From Alphaproteobacteria bacterium (GTDB lineage Bacteria > Pseudomonadota > Alphaproteobacteria > Rs-D84 > SZUA-605): 64,000 nt of DNA. Numbering within the stretch: the first letter of the stretch is position 1; each line of letters starts with the position of its first letter. The stretch covers positions 96,001-160,000 of the forward strand of contig JAVBPW010000001.1 in assembly GCA_031549385.1 (NCBI GenBank). Reading direction: 5' to 3'. Positions 48,359-59,615 of the stretch are shown here, piece after piece. The position numbers and the translations under genes are program-made. Below the pieces are notes generated by a model. The model made no database searches. It worked only from the letters and a program-made list of their open reading frames with translations, and had not been told where the DNA came from.

Positions 48359-50152
48359 ATGCAAAAAAATATAAGAAATTTTTCTATTATTGCTCACATT
48401 GATCACGGTAAGTCTACACTTGCCGATAGACTTATTGAATATTGTGGAGCTGTTGAAAAACGTGAAATGAAAGAACAACTCTTGGACAATATGGATATTG
48501 AAAGAGAAAGAGGAATTACTATTAAGGCTCAAACTGTTAGACTTAATTATAAAGCTGATGATGGGCAAACTTATATTTTGAATTTATTAGATACTCCTGG
48601 ACACGTAGATTTTTCTTACGAAGTGTCCCGCTCACTTGCTGCATGTGAAGGAGCATTGCTTGTTGTTGATGCAGCACAAGGAGTTGAAGCCCAAACTCTT
48701 GCTAATGTTTATTTGGCTATTGAAAATGACTTAGAAATTATTCCAGTTTTAAATAAAGCTGATTTACCTCAAGCAGAACCTGAAAAAATTAAAGAACAAA
48801 TTGAAGAAGTTATTGGATTAGATGCAAGTGAAGCAATTCTTGCTTCTGCAAAAACAGGACTTGGAATTAAAGAAATTTTAGAAGCAATTGTTCATAAGCT
48901 CCCAGCACCTAAGGGTGATGAAAATGCTAATTTACAAGCTTTGTTAATTGATAGCTGGTATGACGTTTATCAAGGTATTATTACTCTTGTTAGAATAGTA
49001 AATGGAACTTTGAAAAAAGGTGATACTATTAAAATGATGTCTAATGGTGCTACTTATAAAGTTGATAGACTTGGATTTTTCTTACCTGAAATGAAAGATT
49101 CTGGAGCTATTAATGTTGGTGAAATAGGATACATTATTACAGGAATGAAAAATGTTTCTGATTGTAAGATTGGAGATACTATTACTAATGTAGCAAAACC
49201 ATCCACCGAAATGTTAAAAGGTTTTAAACCATCCGTACCCGTTGTGTTTTCTTCTATATTCCCTGTTGATGTTGATGATTATCCATTACTTAAAGAATCT
49301 GTTGCTAAGCTTGCTCTTAATGATTCATCTTTTATGTATGAAGTAGAAAATTCAGCAGCACTTGGTTTTGGATTCAGATGTGGTTTCTTAGGTCTGCTCC
49401 ATATGGAAATTATTACTGAAAGATTAGAAAGAGAATTTGATTTAGATGTAATTTGTACAGCTCCATCTGTGGCTTATAAAGTTCACTTAAGAAGTGGAAC
49501 TATGTTGGAATTACATAATCCTGCTGACCTTCCTGATCCTACTTTAATAGAATATATGGAAGAACCTTATGTGAGAGCTACTATCATGCTTCCTGATCAA
49601 TATCTTGGAAAGGTGTTAGATTTATGCACTCAAAAAAGAGGTATTCAAGAAAATCTTACTTATATTGGAAGTCGTGCTATGGTAATTTATAAATTACCTT
49701 TGAATGAAATTGTTTTCGATTTTTATGATAAATTAAAATCATATACATCAGGATATGCTTCTTTTGATTATGAAATTTGTGGGTATGAACGTTCTGATCT
49801 TGTTAAAGTTTCTATACTTATTAATGAAGAACCTATTGATGCTTTATCTTTTATGGCTCATAAATCACACGCAGAATCTAAAGGACGTCAAATTTGTGAA
49901 AAATTAAAAGAACTTATTCCACCTCATCAATTTAAAATTCCTATTCAAGCTGCAATCGGTGGAAAAATTATTGCAAGAGAAACTATTTCAGCTTTTAGAA
50001 AAGATGTGACTGCAAAATGTTATGGTGGAGATGTTAGCCGAAAAAGAAAACTTCTTGATAAGCAAAAGAAAGGTAAGAAGAGAATGAGACAATTTGGAAA
50101 AGTTGAAATTCCTCAAACCGCTTTTATTAATGCTTTGAAAACTACAGATTAG
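48359..50152 (+). CDS. lepA: translation elongation factor 4
   Basis: [49 protein letters not shown]. Confidence 0.98.
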   Translation: MQKNIRNFSIIAHIDHGKSTLADRLIEYCGAVEKREMKEQLLDNMDIERERGITIKAQTVRLNYKADDGQTYILNLLDTPGHVDFSYEVSRSLAACEGALLVVDAAQGVEAQTLANVYLAIENDLEIIPVLNKADLPQAEPEKIKEQIEEVIGLDASEAILASAKTGLGIKEILEAIVHKLPAPKGDENANLQALLIDSWYDVYQGIITLVRIVNGTLKKGDTIKMMSNGATYKVDRLGFFLPEMKDSGAINVGEIGYIITGMKNVSDCKIGDTITNVAKPSTEMLKGFKPSVPVVFSSIFPVDVDDYPLLKESVAKLALNDSSFMYEVENSAALGFGFRCGFLGLLHMEIITERLEREFDLDVICTAPSVAYKVHLRSGTMLELHNPADLPDPTLIEYMEEPYVRATIMLPDQYLGKVLDLCTQKRGIQENLTYIGSRAMVIYKLPLNEIVFDFYDKLKSYTSGYASFDYEICGYERSDLVKVSILINEEPIDALSFMAHKSHAESKGRQICEKLKELIPPHQFKIPIQAAIGGKIIARETISAFRKDVTAKCYGGDVSRKRKLLDKQKKGKKRMRQFGKVEIPQTAFINALKTTD

Positions 50153-50161
50153 TTTAGTCTT

Positions 50162-50214
50162 GTTATAAAACTATTAAAAGATTTTTTAACAGTTTTAACA
50201 ACGAATAATAATAA
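50162..50214 (+). repeat. dispersed element, copy 8 (variant)
   Basis: GTTATAAAACTATTAAAA-GATT-TTTTAACA-GTTTTAACA-ACGAATAATAATAA. Confidence 0.85.
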
Positions 50215-50318
50215 AAAAAATTCAATGTTTTTTTGTTTAATTTCCTCGAAATTTTGGTTGATTTTTAGGTATTTTTCCTTATACTCAAATTTATTAAAAA
50301 AATTCTCAAGGAGATTTT

Positions 50319-50882
50319 ATGTTTGATTTCAATAATTTAAAAAATCAATTAAATGAAAAAATGGAAAAAGCTAATGAAGTATTTAAACGTGATTTAAATG
50401 GATTACGTACTGGACGTGCTTCATCTTCTCTGCTTGATCCTATTATGGTTAGTGCTTATGGTGCTATGATGCCTATTGCTCAAGTTGCATCTGTAAACGT
50501 TCTTGATTCAAGAACTATTTCTGTTAGCGTTTGGGATAAAGGAATGGTTGGTGCTGTTGATAAAGCTATACGCGAATCAGAACTTGGACTTAATCCTGCA
50601 GTTGATGGAACGTTGCTCAGAATTCCACTTCCAGCTTTAAATGAAGAAAGAAGAAAAGAACTTTTAAAAGTTGCTTCTAAATATGGTGAAGAAGGAAAAA
50701 CTTCTGTGAGAAATATTAGACGTGATGGAATGGATGCATTAAAGACAGCTGAAAAAGCAAAAGATATTTCTGAAGATGATCAAAAAAGATATGAAGAAGA
50801 AATTCAAAAAATAACTGATAAATTTATTGCTGAAATTGATACACTTTTAGCTAAAAAAGAAAAAGATATTATGGAAGTGTAA
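50319..50882 (+). CDS. frr: ribosome recycling factor
   Basis: [39 protein letters not shown]. Confidence 0.97.
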   Translation: MFDFNNLKNQLNEKMEKANEVFKRDLNGLRTGRASSSLLDPIMVSAYGAMMPIAQVASVNVLDSRTISVSVWDKGMVGAVDKAIRESELGLNPAVDGTLLRIPLPALNEERRKELLKVASKYGEEGKTSVRNIRRDGMDALKTAEKAKDISEDDQKRYEEEIQKITDKFIAEIDTLLAKKEKDIMEV

Positions 50883-50888
50883 ATTTAA

Positions 50889-51578
50889 ATGAGCGAAGAT
50901 AAAAAATTAAACCATATAGCTATTATTTGTGACGGAAATCGCACCTGGGCAAGGGCTAAAGGAATACCACCTATGTTAGGTCACAGAGAAGGTGCTGAAG
51001 CAGTTAAAAGACTTGTTAATGCTGCAACTGAATTTAAAATACCAGTTATTTCTTTATGGGTTATGGGAATTGATAATTTTGAAAGATCTGCAGAAGAAGT
51101 TAGATGGTTGATGAAATTATCAAGAGTTTATTTGAGAACTTCCAAAAAAGAAATTTTGAAAAACAAAAATAAATTTAGACTTTGTGGGCTAAGAAATTTT
51201 CCAGCTCCAAAAGATATTATTGAATTATCTGAAAAATTAGAAGAAGAAACAAAAGATAATGAGGGAACAACTGTAAACATTTGTTTCAACTATGGTGGAA
51301 GAGTTGAAATACTTGAAGCTATCAAAAAGCTTAATGATCAAAATTTAGAAATTACAGAAGAAAATCTTTCTTCTTGTTTATGGACTGCTGGATTACCTGA
51401 TCCAGATTTAATTATTAGACCTAGCAATCAACAGAGACTTTCTGGTTTTATGCCTTGGCAAAGTGAATATGCTGAATTTTACTTTCCAAAGTATTACTTC
51501 CCAGAAATGAATAAGGAAAAATTAGAGGAGGCTATTGATGAATTTTATAAACGCACTCGTAAATTTGGTAAAATCTAA
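50889..51578 (+). CDS. uppS: undecaprenyl diphosphate synthase
   Basis: HIAIICDGNRTWA, NYGGRVEI, PDPDLIIR, RLSGFMPWQSEYAE. Confidence 0.95.
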   Translation: MSEDKKLNHIAIICDGNRTWARAKGIPPMLGHREGAEAVKRLVNAATEFKIPVISLWVMGIDNFERSAEEVRWLMKLSRVYLRTSKKEILKNKNKFRLCGLRNFPAPKDIIELSEKLEEETKDNEGTTVNICFNYGGRVEILEAIKKLNDQNLEITEENLSSCLWTAGLPDPDLIIRPSNQQRLSGFMPWQSEYAEFYFPKYYFPEMNKEKLEEAIDEFYKRTRKFGKI

Positions 51579-52365
51579 TCTTTTTCAGAGATTAGTTTCA
51601 GCTTGCTTTTTGCTCGCTGTTTTAATTTTTAATATCATTTGTTTACAAAATGGAACTAACTTGTGGTTTTTTTATACTACTATTTATGCTGTAATTGCTA
51701 TTAGTTTCTGGGAATTAAATAATATTTTCTTTAATAAGCATATTATTAAATCTTTAATTCTTACTGCAATTAATCTTCTTTGTTTTTGTTTTATAGCAGA
51801 ACTTCCAATATTCTTTCCGTTACTAATAGGAAGCTTGATTGTTTTTAATTTACTTTCAACACCAAGATTGAATATAAAAAAGACAATTGTATATTTGCTG
51901 TATCTTGCAATATTGCTTGTGTCATTTAACTTTATATTCTTTTATCTTATTAAATTACCTTCAGTATATATTTTAACTTTTATGGTTTATATTTTTGCTA
52001 TTTCAATTATGACAGATACTTTTGGATATATAGTTGGAAAACTCATTGGTAAACATAAACTTGCACCATCTATATCACCTGGAAAAACTATTGAAGGAGC
52101 ACTTGGAGCTCTTGTTCTTACTGGACTTTGTTCTTGGTTGATTTATACTCTTTTACCTTTTAAATTATCATTTAATTATTTTATAGGAATTGCTATTGCT
52201 GGTTGTATAATTGCTCAAATTGGCGATTTATTCGAATCTTATGTTAAGAGAGTTGGCGGCGTGAAAGATAGTTCTCATCTTATCCCAGGACATGGTGGAG
52301 TGTTGGATAGATTAGATAGTTTCATATTTTTAATTTTTGTTGTTCAAATTTTATTTTGGATTTAA
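51535..52365 (+). CDS. cdsA: phosphatidate cytidylyltransferase
   Basis: DTFGYIVG, PSISPGKTIEG, GDLFESYVKR..GVKDS...PGHGGVLDRLD; start may be TTG 51565. Confidence 0.95.
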   Translation: MMNFINALVNLVKSNLFQRLVSACFLLAVLIFNIICLQNGTNLWFFYTTIYAVIAISFWELNNIFFNKHIIKSLILTAINLLCFCFIAELPIFFPLLIGSLIVFNLLSTPRLNIKKTIVYLLYLAILLVSFNFIFFYLIKLPSVYILTFMVYIFAISIMTDTFGYIVGKLIGKHKLAPSISPGKTIEGALGALVLTGLCSWLIYTLLPFKLSFNYFIGIAIAGCIIAQIGDLFESYVKRVGGVKDSSHLIPGHGGVLDRLDSFIFLIFVVQILFWI

Positions 52366-52378
52366 GGGGTACATATAA

Positions 52379-53440
52379 ATGTTAACTGTTATATATTTTT
52401 TAATTACACTTGGTATCATAGTTCTTATTCATGAACTTGGTCATTTTACTTTTGCTAGACTTGCAGGTGTTAAGGTTGAAACTTTTTCTATTTGCTTTGG
52501 AAAACCACTCTTAAAATGGAAAGATAAAAAAGGTACTCAATGGCAAATTGGCTGGATACCACTTGGTGGTTATGTTAAAATGCTTGGTCAAGAAGATATG
52601 CCTACTGATAAAAAATTAAAAGAACTTGATAAAGATGTAAAAAAACAACATTTTCTATTTAAAAGCTGGTGGCAAAGATTTTCTATTATAATTGGTGGTG
52701 TGTTATTTAATTTTGTTAGTGCTTTGATTATTATATTCTGCTTATTTCAATTTGTAGGAGTTCCTAAGACCCCTGCTCTTGTTTCTGATGTAGTTGATGG
52801 AATGCCTGCTCAACAAGTTGGAATTATGAAAGGTGATGTTATTTCTAAATTTAATAATGTTGAAATCAAAGATTTTAAATCTCTTCAAAAAGAATTAATG
52901 TTAAACCAAGAAAAAGAAGTAAATCTTATTGTACTTAGAAGTGGTAAAGAAATAGTTAAATCTGTTATACCTGTTAAAAGTGGAAAGTCTTTTGTTATTG
53001 GTATTAAAACTGGAGTGTCTAGTGAAGATATTAAAAAATTACCTTTTGGACAAACTGTTGTGGAAACTTTTAAAGATTTCTGGAGTCAAGCAACAACTAT
53101 GATTACAGGGATAAAACAACTTCTTCTTGGAGAACGTTCTTCAAAAGAACTTGGCGGATTTATTCAAATTGCAAAAGTATCTAAAGAATCAGCTGATGGT
53201 GGAATTTATAATTTCTTATATTTCTTAGCATTTATTTCTATTAACTTAGGATTGCTAAATTTATTCCCTATTCCAGTTCTTGATGGTGGACATATTGTAT
53301 TTTTAATAATTGAAGCAATTCGCGGAAAACCAGTGTCAGAAAAGTTTTATAACTTCTTTGCATATATAGGTCTTGGAATTTTATTATTTTTACTTGTACT
53401 TTCAAACTTTAACGATATATTAAGGCTATTAGGAAAATAA
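52379..53440 (+). CDS. rseP: RIP metalloprotease RseP
   Basis: HELGH, PLGGYVKM, PDZ domain, NLFPIPVLDGG. Confidence 0.96.
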   Translation: MLTVIYFLITLGIIVLIHELGHFTFARLAGVKVETFSICFGKPLLKWKDKKGTQWQIGWIPLGGYVKMLGQEDMPTDKKLKELDKDVKKQHFLFKSWWQRFSIIIGGVLFNFVSALIIIFCLFQFVGVPKTPALVSDVVDGMPAQQVGIMKGDVISKFNNVEIKDFKSLQKELMLNQEKEVNLIVLRSGKEIVKSVIPVKSGKSFVIGIKTGVSSEDIKKLPFGQTVVETFKDFWSQATTMITGIKQLLLGERSSKELGGFIQIAKVSKESADGGIYNFLYFLAFISINLGLLNLFPIPVLDGGHIVFLIIEAIRGKPVSEKFYNFFAYIGLGILLFLLVLSNFNDILRLLGK

Positions 53441-55707
53441 TGAGAAAACTTTTATTTGTATTAATTGCTTTATTATTTAGTAGCCAAGCCTTTGCTGTGG
53501 TTATTAATAACGTTGAAGTTGATGGCGTAAAGCGAATCGATAAGGAAGTAATTATATCTGAACTTGATATTAAAAAAGGAACTGATGTTTCTGATTCTAA
53601 AATTAATGAAATGATTAAAAAACTTTATGGATTAGATCTTTTTGAAAATATTCAAATGAATATAGTTGGTAATACTTTAAGAGTTAAGGTTACAGAAAAT
53701 CCTACTATTAACTTGATTGAATTTAATGGAAACAAAGACTTAGATAATGACACTTTGCTTTCTGAAATAAATTTAAAACCTCGTTCTGTTTATAGTGAAT
53801 ATGTTGTTAATGATGCTATTAATCGTATGATTGAACTTTATAAACGTAGTGGGTTTTATAGAGTTGAAATTAAACCTGATATTCAAAAGAAAGACCAAAA
53901 CAGAGTTAATATTGTTTTTAATATAAAAGAAAATAAGAAAACTTATATTGAAGAAATAGATTTTGAAGGTAATACATATTTTTCTGATAATGCTTTGAAA
54001 TATGTTTTAATGTCTAAGGAAGACAGATGGTGGAGATTCTTTTCATCTGTGACTACTTATGATCCTGATCGAATCCTTTATGATCAAGAATTATTAACAC
54101 AATTTTATTTGAATAATGGGTTTGTAGATTTTCGTATTAAAGAAGTAGTTTCTAATCTTACTTATGATAAATCAGGATATTTTATGAAAATATATATTAC
54201 TGAAGGTAAGAGATATCGAATCGGAAAATTAGATATTGATAATTCAATTAAAGAAATAAAAACAAAAGATTTATATAGATATTTAGAAGTTAAAGAAGGG
54301 GAATATTATGATGCTTCTCAAGTAGATTTATCTATTAGAAAGATGCAAGATAAAATTGCTGACAGCGGTTATGCTTTTATTCGTATTGTTCCTGTACCTA
54401 CTCAACATAAAGAAAAGAATACTATTGATATTACATTTAAGGTTATGCCTACAAAGAAAATGTATATCAACAGAAGTGATATAGTTGGTAATGTTCGTAC
54501 TATGGATTATGTTATTGAGAGAGAGTTCAAAACAAAAGAAGGAGATGCTTTTAATCTTTCTGAATTAAAAAGAACAGAACAAAAACTTATGGGAACAGGA
54601 TATTTTAAATCTGCTAAAGTTGTAACTAAAGGTGTAGACGGCGATCCTGATAAATTAAATCTTTTAACTGAAATTGAAGAACAATCAACTGGTGAAGTTA
54701 ATTTTGGTTTTGGATGGAGCTCTTATAATGGTGGTTTTGTTGAAGCCGGGATTAAAGAAAAGAACTTTATGGGACGTGGTCAAACTCTTGGACTTACTGG
54801 ACAATATTCTAATAAACAAAGCAGAGCTGTTATATCTTTTACAGAACCATATTTCATGGATTATGATTTGTCAGCTGGTGCTGATATTGATTACTCATAC
54901 TTCAGATATAAAGATGATTATGGTTATGACATGACCCGTTTTGGTGTGGGTTTTAGATTTGCATGGAATTATTTTGATAATGTTAGACACTTCGTTAGAG
55001 TTTCTCAAAGAATCGATGATATTACTAATATCGTTGGAACACCTCCTCAATATGCTCAAAAGGAAGAAGGTGCTTCTACTATCCGTTTAATTGATCAAAC
55101 TATATCTATTGCTAGTATTAAAACTGATTATGTTAACTTAACAAAACGTGGTTACTATATGTCTTTTGGTTTGAACTATGCTGGATTGAATGGAGATGAA
55201 CATTTTATACAACCTGAATTTAAAGCATTCTTTTATAGAAATTTCTGGGAAAATGAATGGCAATTAGGATTATCTTTTAATGCTGGATATATCCAACCTA
55301 TTAAAGATGAATATATTAAGAAATCATATCGTTATAATCTTGGTGGTGAAACACTTCGTGGATTCCACGTTGCTGGTATTGGTGCAAGAGATAAAATTTA
55401 TAGAAACTATTCATTAGGTGCATATTCTGAAATGTATGGAACTGTTCAATTGAACTTCCCTCTTGGGTTGCCTAAAGAATATAAGATTTCTGGCTTTGTA
55501 TTCTATGATTATGGTAAGTTAGGAAAACCTGCTGACTTAGATTATAATACAATGTACTATGATGATACTTGGAGAACTTCTGTTGGTTTTGGTATCAAAT
55601 GGTATACTCCTATGGGTGAAATCAATGTTTCATGGGCTAAACCTTTACAATATGAGCCATATGACCGTCTAGAACGTTTCTTACTCTCATTTGGTGCTCA
55701 ATTCTAA
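53440..55707 (+). CDS. bamA: outer membrane protein assembly factor BamA
   Basis: POTRA repeats, NFMGRGQ, FTEPY, LRGF loop-6 motif, C-terminal FGAQF. Confidence 0.96.
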   Translation: MRKLLFVLIALLFSSQAFAVVINNVEVDGVKRIDKEVIISELDIKKGTDVSDSKINEMIKKLYGLDLFENIQMNIVGNTLRVKVTENPTINLIEFNGNKDLDNDTLLSEINLKPRSVYSEYVVNDAINRMIELYKRSGFYRVEIKPDIQKKDQNRVNIVFNIKENKKTYIEEIDFEGNTYFSDNALKYVLMSKEDRWWRFFSSVTTYDPDRILYDQELLTQFYLNNGFVDFRIKEVVSNLTYDKSGYFMKIYITEGKRYRIGKLDIDNSIKEIKTKDLYRYLEVKEGEYYDASQVDLSIRKMQDKIADSGYAFIRIVPVPTQHKEKNTIDITFKVMPTKKMYINRSDIVGNVRTMDYVIEREFKTKEGDAFNLSELKRTEQKLMGTGYFKSAKVVTKGVDGDPDKLNLLTEIEEQSTGEVNFGFGWSSYNGGFVEAGIKEKNFMGRGQTLGLTGQYSNKQSRAVISFTEPYFMDYDLSAGADIDYSYFRYKDDYGYDMTRFGVGFRFAWNYFDNVRHFVRVSQRIDDITNIVGTPPQYAQKEEGASTIRLIDQTISIASIKTDYVNLTKRGYYMSFGLNYAGLNGDEHFIQPEFKAFFYRNFWENEWQLGLSFNAGYIQPIKDEYIKKSYRYNLGGETLRGFHVAGIGARDKIYRNYSLGAYSEMYGTVQLNFPLGLPKEYKISGFVFYDYGKLGKPADLDYNTMYYDDTWRTSVGFGIKWYTPMGEINVSWAKPLQYEPYDRLERFLLSFGAQF

Positions 55708-55859
55708 CCAGGTTGAACCTGGAGACTTTATTATTCTTTCTATACAAAAACTAAGTGTTTGATTTTAGTATATTTCAGCATTTTGAATAATTATTGACAA
55801 AATAAGTTTTTATACCTATGTTATTATTATAAATTAATTCAAACTTAAAAATAAATCCA

Positions 55860-56183
55860 ATGAAAAAGAAGAAAATTGAAGTAAAGGAAGTTCGTGTTCC
55901 TGCTATACGTTTCAGAAACTCATTAAAGAAAGAGTTGATTTATCCGGCTTCTGTCCAACACATAATGTTTGATGAGTTTATCGTCGTACATAATTTGGAA
56001 ATGAAGCAAATGGATATTGTCAGAACTGATACCATGCAGGTTTTCAAAAAACTGTACGGAGTTGATCTTGTTTACCAAGACGGCGATATGGTTTATGTTG
56101 AAACATCAAAAAATGGAAAACAAAGCTTCGACGTGGAAAAACTCCGCGCAATCATTAAAGACCCAAATTCAGTTCAATTCTGA
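55860..56183 (+). CDS. hypothetical protein (107 aa)
   Basis: Upstream TTGACA; followed by terminator AAGAGCCTTT..AAAGGCTCTT (56204-56226). Confidence 0.7.
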   Translation: MKKKKIEVKEVRVPAIRFRNSLKKELIYPASVQHIMFDEFIVVHNLEMKQMDIVRTDTMQVFKKLYGVDLVYQDGDMVYVETSKNGKQSFDVEKLRAIIKDPNSVQF

Positions 56184-56256
56184 TAAGTAAAGTGTAAATA
56201 GTTAAGAGCCTTTTTTAAAGGCTCTTTTGTGTTTTTAAAGTAAGTTATGAAAACTT

Positions 56257-56691
56257 TTAATTCTCACAACGAATTAAAGTTATGTCATATGTTTCATCTT
56301 CTATCCCTGATATTGATGGATAGGCTGAACTTAACCATAGATTTATATTCTTATTGCGAATCACTTCTTCTGAAAATGTATCGTCTTGTTCAAATAAGAT
56401 ATCTTGATTTTTGAAATTTATAAATGCCCAAAAATCATTTGGTATAGCAGTCTTTCTCATTTTGCAAGAATTTAACTTTATGAAAACATTTTCAAAACTG
56501 TTTTCACTTCCTACTATGATTTCTATATTCTTAAATTGACCCTTTTTTTTATTTACTATATTTAAAATTGCCTTTTTATATTCAACTTCACCTGCATTTG
56601 ATATTGTGGTTGTAGGAGTTGGGGCAACTTCTGTTTGAGCTGCTACATTAAAACAAAATAATGCACATGCAAAAAATAAAATTTTTTTCAT
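56257..56691 (-). CDS. DUF2155 family protein
   Basis: Signal peptide; AILNIVNKKKG...IKLNSC...WLSSAYPSISGIEDETYDITLIRC. Confidence 0.75.
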   Translation of the reverse strand: MKKILFFACALFCFNVAAQTEVAPTPTTTISNAGEVEYKKAILNIVNKKKGQFKNIEIIVGSENSFENVFIKLNSCKMRKTAIPNDFWAFINFKNQDILFEQDDTFSEEVIRNKNINLWLSSAYPSISGIEDETYDITLIRCEN

Positions 56692-57252
56692 TTATTCTTC
56701 TCCTGTAGTTTTTTCTTCTTCAATAGTTTCATCATCACTATCTTTACTTTCTTTTGATGAGAATAATATTTGACCTATTATTTCTTCTAATGATGCATAA
56801 TTTGTTGTTTTGATAGAATCGTTTTCTTTTAAGATTTCTTTTGATTTTCCAATATTAACTTTAATGTATTTACTACCCATTAACCCTGATGTTGTTATTT
56901 CAGCGATTGAATCTTGCGGAAGCTTAATATCATTTTCAATAGACATTTTTATTATAACTGAAAATGTTGTTTTATTTATTTCTATTGACTTTACACTTCC
57001 TACTTTTACACCATTTATTATAACGTCAGCTCCGTTATTTAAACCACCTGTTTGAGAAAATGTTGCAATTATATTATATCCTTTTACCTTTTTTAAGTCT
57101 GCTTTAGATAATGACCAAGATAAAAAGAAAAGGGCCACAAAGATTACGAAAAGCCCTGCTAGGGTATCTAATGGTTTTTCGTTCTTTACGAACCCATAAA
57201 CTGATTTTAAAAAGCCAGAAAAGTACTTCTTTCCTTTGTTATATACTCCCAT
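56692..57252 (-). CDS. mlaD: MCE-domain lipid asymmetry protein MlaD
   Basis: TM, F...GGL..GADV.INGVKVGSV, LPQDS.A.I.TSGLMGSKYI. Confidence 0.88.
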   Translation of the reverse strand: MGVYNKGKKYFSGFLKSVYGFVKNEKPLDTLAGLFVIFVALFFLSWSLSKADLKKVKGYNIIATFSQTGGLNNGADVIINGVKVGSVKSIEINKTTFSVIIKMSIENDIKLPQDSIAEITTSGLMGSKYIKVNIGKSKEILKENDSIKTTNYASLEEIIGQILFSSKESKDSDDETIEEEKTTGEE

Positions 57253-57288
57253 TAAAAATTCCTCCTTTTCCGGCTTTTAATTTAATTT

Positions 57289-57690
57289 TTATTCTTCAGA
57301 CTTAGCAGCTTCTTCTCTTGCTTTTTGTGCTTTTAGAAGATCTTCTGAAATACGAGCTTTACGTCCTTTTAAATCACGTAGGTAGTAAAGTTTTGCACGT
57401 CTTACTTTTCCAATTCTTATATTTTCTATTTTAGCAATAGCTGGAGAATAAAGTGGGAATACTCTTTCTACACCTTCGCCAAATGAAATTTTTCTTACTG
57501 TAAATGATGAATTAATTCCAGCATTTTTTCTTGCAATACATACGCCTTCAAAAATTTGGATTCTTTCTCTTTTACCTTCAACAATTTTACAGTGAACTTT
57601 TACTGTGTCCCCTGGTTCAAATTTGTCGATTGAATTATTTGATAAAGAATCGATTTTTTTCTTTTCAAATATTTTTAATAAATTTAACAT
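57289..57690 (-). CDS. rplS: 50S ribosomal protein L19
   Basis: [48 protein letters not shown]. Confidence 0.98.
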   Translation of the reverse strand: MLNLLKIFEKKKIDSLSNNSIDKFEPGDTVKVHCKIVEGKRERIQIFEGVCIARKNAGINSSFTVRKISFGEGVERVFPLYSPAIAKIENIRIGKVRRAKLYYLRDLKGRKARISEDLLKAQKAREEAAKSEE

Positions 57691-58403
57691 TTCTTTTCCT
57701 TTCTTGTTTCATTATATTTATTCCACAGATCTGGTCTGTTTTTTTTGGTAATTTCTTGGCTCTTTTTTTTCTTCCATAAAGTTATTTCCTTATGGTTTCC
57801 TGAAAGTAAGACTTCTGGTACTTTTAGTCCATTCCACTCAATTGGTCGAGTATAGTTTGGATATTCTAAAAGTCCTCCCTCAAAACTTTCTTCAAGCAAA
57901 GACGCAGCATCCCCCAGAACGTTAGGAAGTTGTCTAACAATGGTATCCAGCACTACGAGTGCTGCTACTTCCCCACCGGATGTTACATAATCACCGATAC
58001 TTAACTCTTTTATGTTATAATACTCTAAAACTCTTTCGTCAAGTCCTTCATAATGACCACATATTAAAGTTATAGATTTTAAATCTCTTAACTCTTTTAC
58101 TTTTTCATTATTTAATACTTGTCCGCGAGGCGATAAATAGAACATATTTTTCTTTTCAACTTTGTCTAATGACTCTATTGCTTGTCCTATTACATCTGGT
58201 TTCATTACCATTCCGGCACCACCACCACATGGAGTATCATCAACAGTCTTTCTTTTATCTGATGCAAAATCTCTTATATTTACAACTTTTAATTCCCAAG
58301 CACCTTTCTTTAACCCAATCCCTGGAATAGAAGTTTCTAATATTCCTGGAAAATTCTCTGGAAAAAGAGTCAAAACTGTTGCTTTATAGCAAGTGTCCTT
58401 CAT
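57684..58403 (-). CDS. trmD: tRNA m1G37 methyltransferase TrmD
   Basis: [44 protein letters not shown]. Confidence 0.97.
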   Translation of the reverse strand: MKDTCYKATVLTLFPENFPGILETSIPGIGLKKGAWELKVVNIRDFASDKRKTVDDTPCGGGAGMVMKPDVIGQAIESLDKVEKKNMFYLSPRGQVLNNEKVKELRDLKSITLICGHYEGLDERVLEYYNIKELSIGDYVTSGGEVAALVVLDTIVRQLPNVLGDAASLLEESFEGGLLEYPNYTRPIEWNGLKVPEVLLSGNHKEITLWKKKKSQEITKKNRPDLWNKYNETRKEKKC

Positions 58404-58884
58404 TAATTAAAAGTTCCTTTTTATTTAGGTCTATATTTAATATAGCATCATTATTAAAAGAAATTAATCTTTTATCATCTTGTTGTGTAATAATTTCTAT
58501 GATATCACCAGCACCATAATTTATTATATTATGCACAGTACCAATTGTATCATTTTTTTGGTTCTTAACAGTTAGGCCTTTTAAATCATTTATATAAAAA
58601 TTTCCTTCGTCCAATTTTGGAAGATATGACTTTTTTAAAAATAATTCTTTGTTTCTTAATTTATCTGCTTCTTCTCTGGTTGTTACACCTTTTATACAAG
58701 CAACTAAACTATTGCCTTGAGTATTTCCATATCTTTTGATTTCGTAAACTTTACCATCTTCATCAACTATATTTTTGTATTCAAATATAGAATTAGGATT
58801 ATGTGTGAAAGACTTAATCTTTACACAACCTGATAATCCATGTGATGATAAAATTTTTCCTACTGGAATGAAATCATTATTCAT
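58384..58884 (-). CDS. rimM: 16S rRNA processing protein RimM
   Basis: VGKILSSHGLSG, FYINDLKG, NYGAGDIIE; rpsP-rimM-trmD-rplS synteny. Confidence 0.94.
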   Translation of the reverse strand: MNNDFIPVGKILSSHGLSGCVKIKSFTHNPNSIFEYKNIVDEDGKVYEIKRYGNTQGNSLVACIKGVTTREEADKLRNKELFLKKSYLPKLDEGNFYINDLKGLTVKNQKNDTIGTVHNIINYGAGDIIEIITQQDDKRLISFNNDAILNIDLNKKELLINEGHLL

Positions 58885-58887
58885 ATC

Positions 58888-59430
58888 TTACTCACTTGCT
58901 GCTGTTAATTCTTCGTCTTTAGCAACTTCTGCTTTTGCTTCATCAGCTGAATTAGCTGTATTTTCTGCAGACATTTCAGTTACGGTATCTTGAGTTTCAG
59001 TTGCTGCTGCTAATGCTGCTTTTGCTTCTTCTTCAGCCTGTTTTTTTGCTGCCTCTGCTGCTTCAATTTCTGCTTTTTTAGCTTCTTCTAATGCTGCAAC
59101 TTTAGCTGCTTTTTCTTTTAATCTTTCCACAGTTTTTGCTTTTGGTTTATCTTGCTTTGTTTGTGGATAGATTTTCTTTGCTTCCATTTGACCAGCGTTT
59201 GTTAAGAATTTTGCAACTCTGTCTGTAACTTGAGCACCTTTTGCAATCCAAGCTTTGATAGCTTCAATATTCATTAATACTCTGTCTTTTGAATCTTTTG
59301 GTAACATTGGATTGAATGTTCCAAGTTTTTCTAAATAACGACCGTCTCTTGGATATCTTGAGTCAGCTGCTACTATGTGGTAAAAAGGACGTTTTTTTGA
59401 TCCTTTTCTTGATAGTCTTATTTTTATCAT
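58888..59430 (-). CDS. rpsP: 30S ribosomal protein S16 with Ala/Glu-rich C-terminal extension
   Basis: [31 protein letters not shown]...GAQVTDRV; AAGG SD before ATG 59430. Confidence 0.97.
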   Translation of the reverse strand: MIKIRLSRKGSKKRPFYHIVAADSRYPRDGRYLEKLGTFNPMLPKDSKDRVLMNIEAIKAWIAKGAQVTDRVAKFLTNAGQMEAKKIYPQTKQDKPKAKTVERLKEKAAKVAALEEAKKAEIEAAEAAKKQAEEEAKAALAAATETQDTVTEMSAENTANSADEAKAEVAKDEELTAASE

Positions 59431-59543
59431 TTTTTCTACCTTTGTTGAAATACGAAATTTTAACCTCAATGAGCGATACTCGCCAACTGAAGTAGATGTC
59501 CCGCACCCTTTCGTTTTTTGTTATTCGGGAATTAGATGTGGCA

Positions 59544-59572
59544 AGATTAGCTCAAAAATTGCGATATGTCAA
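59544..59572 (-). promoter_or_regulatory. sigma70-type promoter of the rpsP operon
   Basis: TTGACA-N17-TAATCT on the minus strand; implies a ~105-nt leader. Confidence 0.6.
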
Positions 59573-59615
59573 GAAAAACATTGATTTTTGATTAAATTTT
59601 ACATATATTATTTAT

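Noticed and set aside
58888-59100. Ala/Glu-rich S16 tail as a novelty
   Set aside because: Long low-complexity S16 extensions are common in alphaproteobacteria and other phyla
59431-59540. SRP (4.5S) RNA upstream of rpsP
   Set aside because: Lacks the conserved domain IV CAGG..GGAA..AGCAG motif
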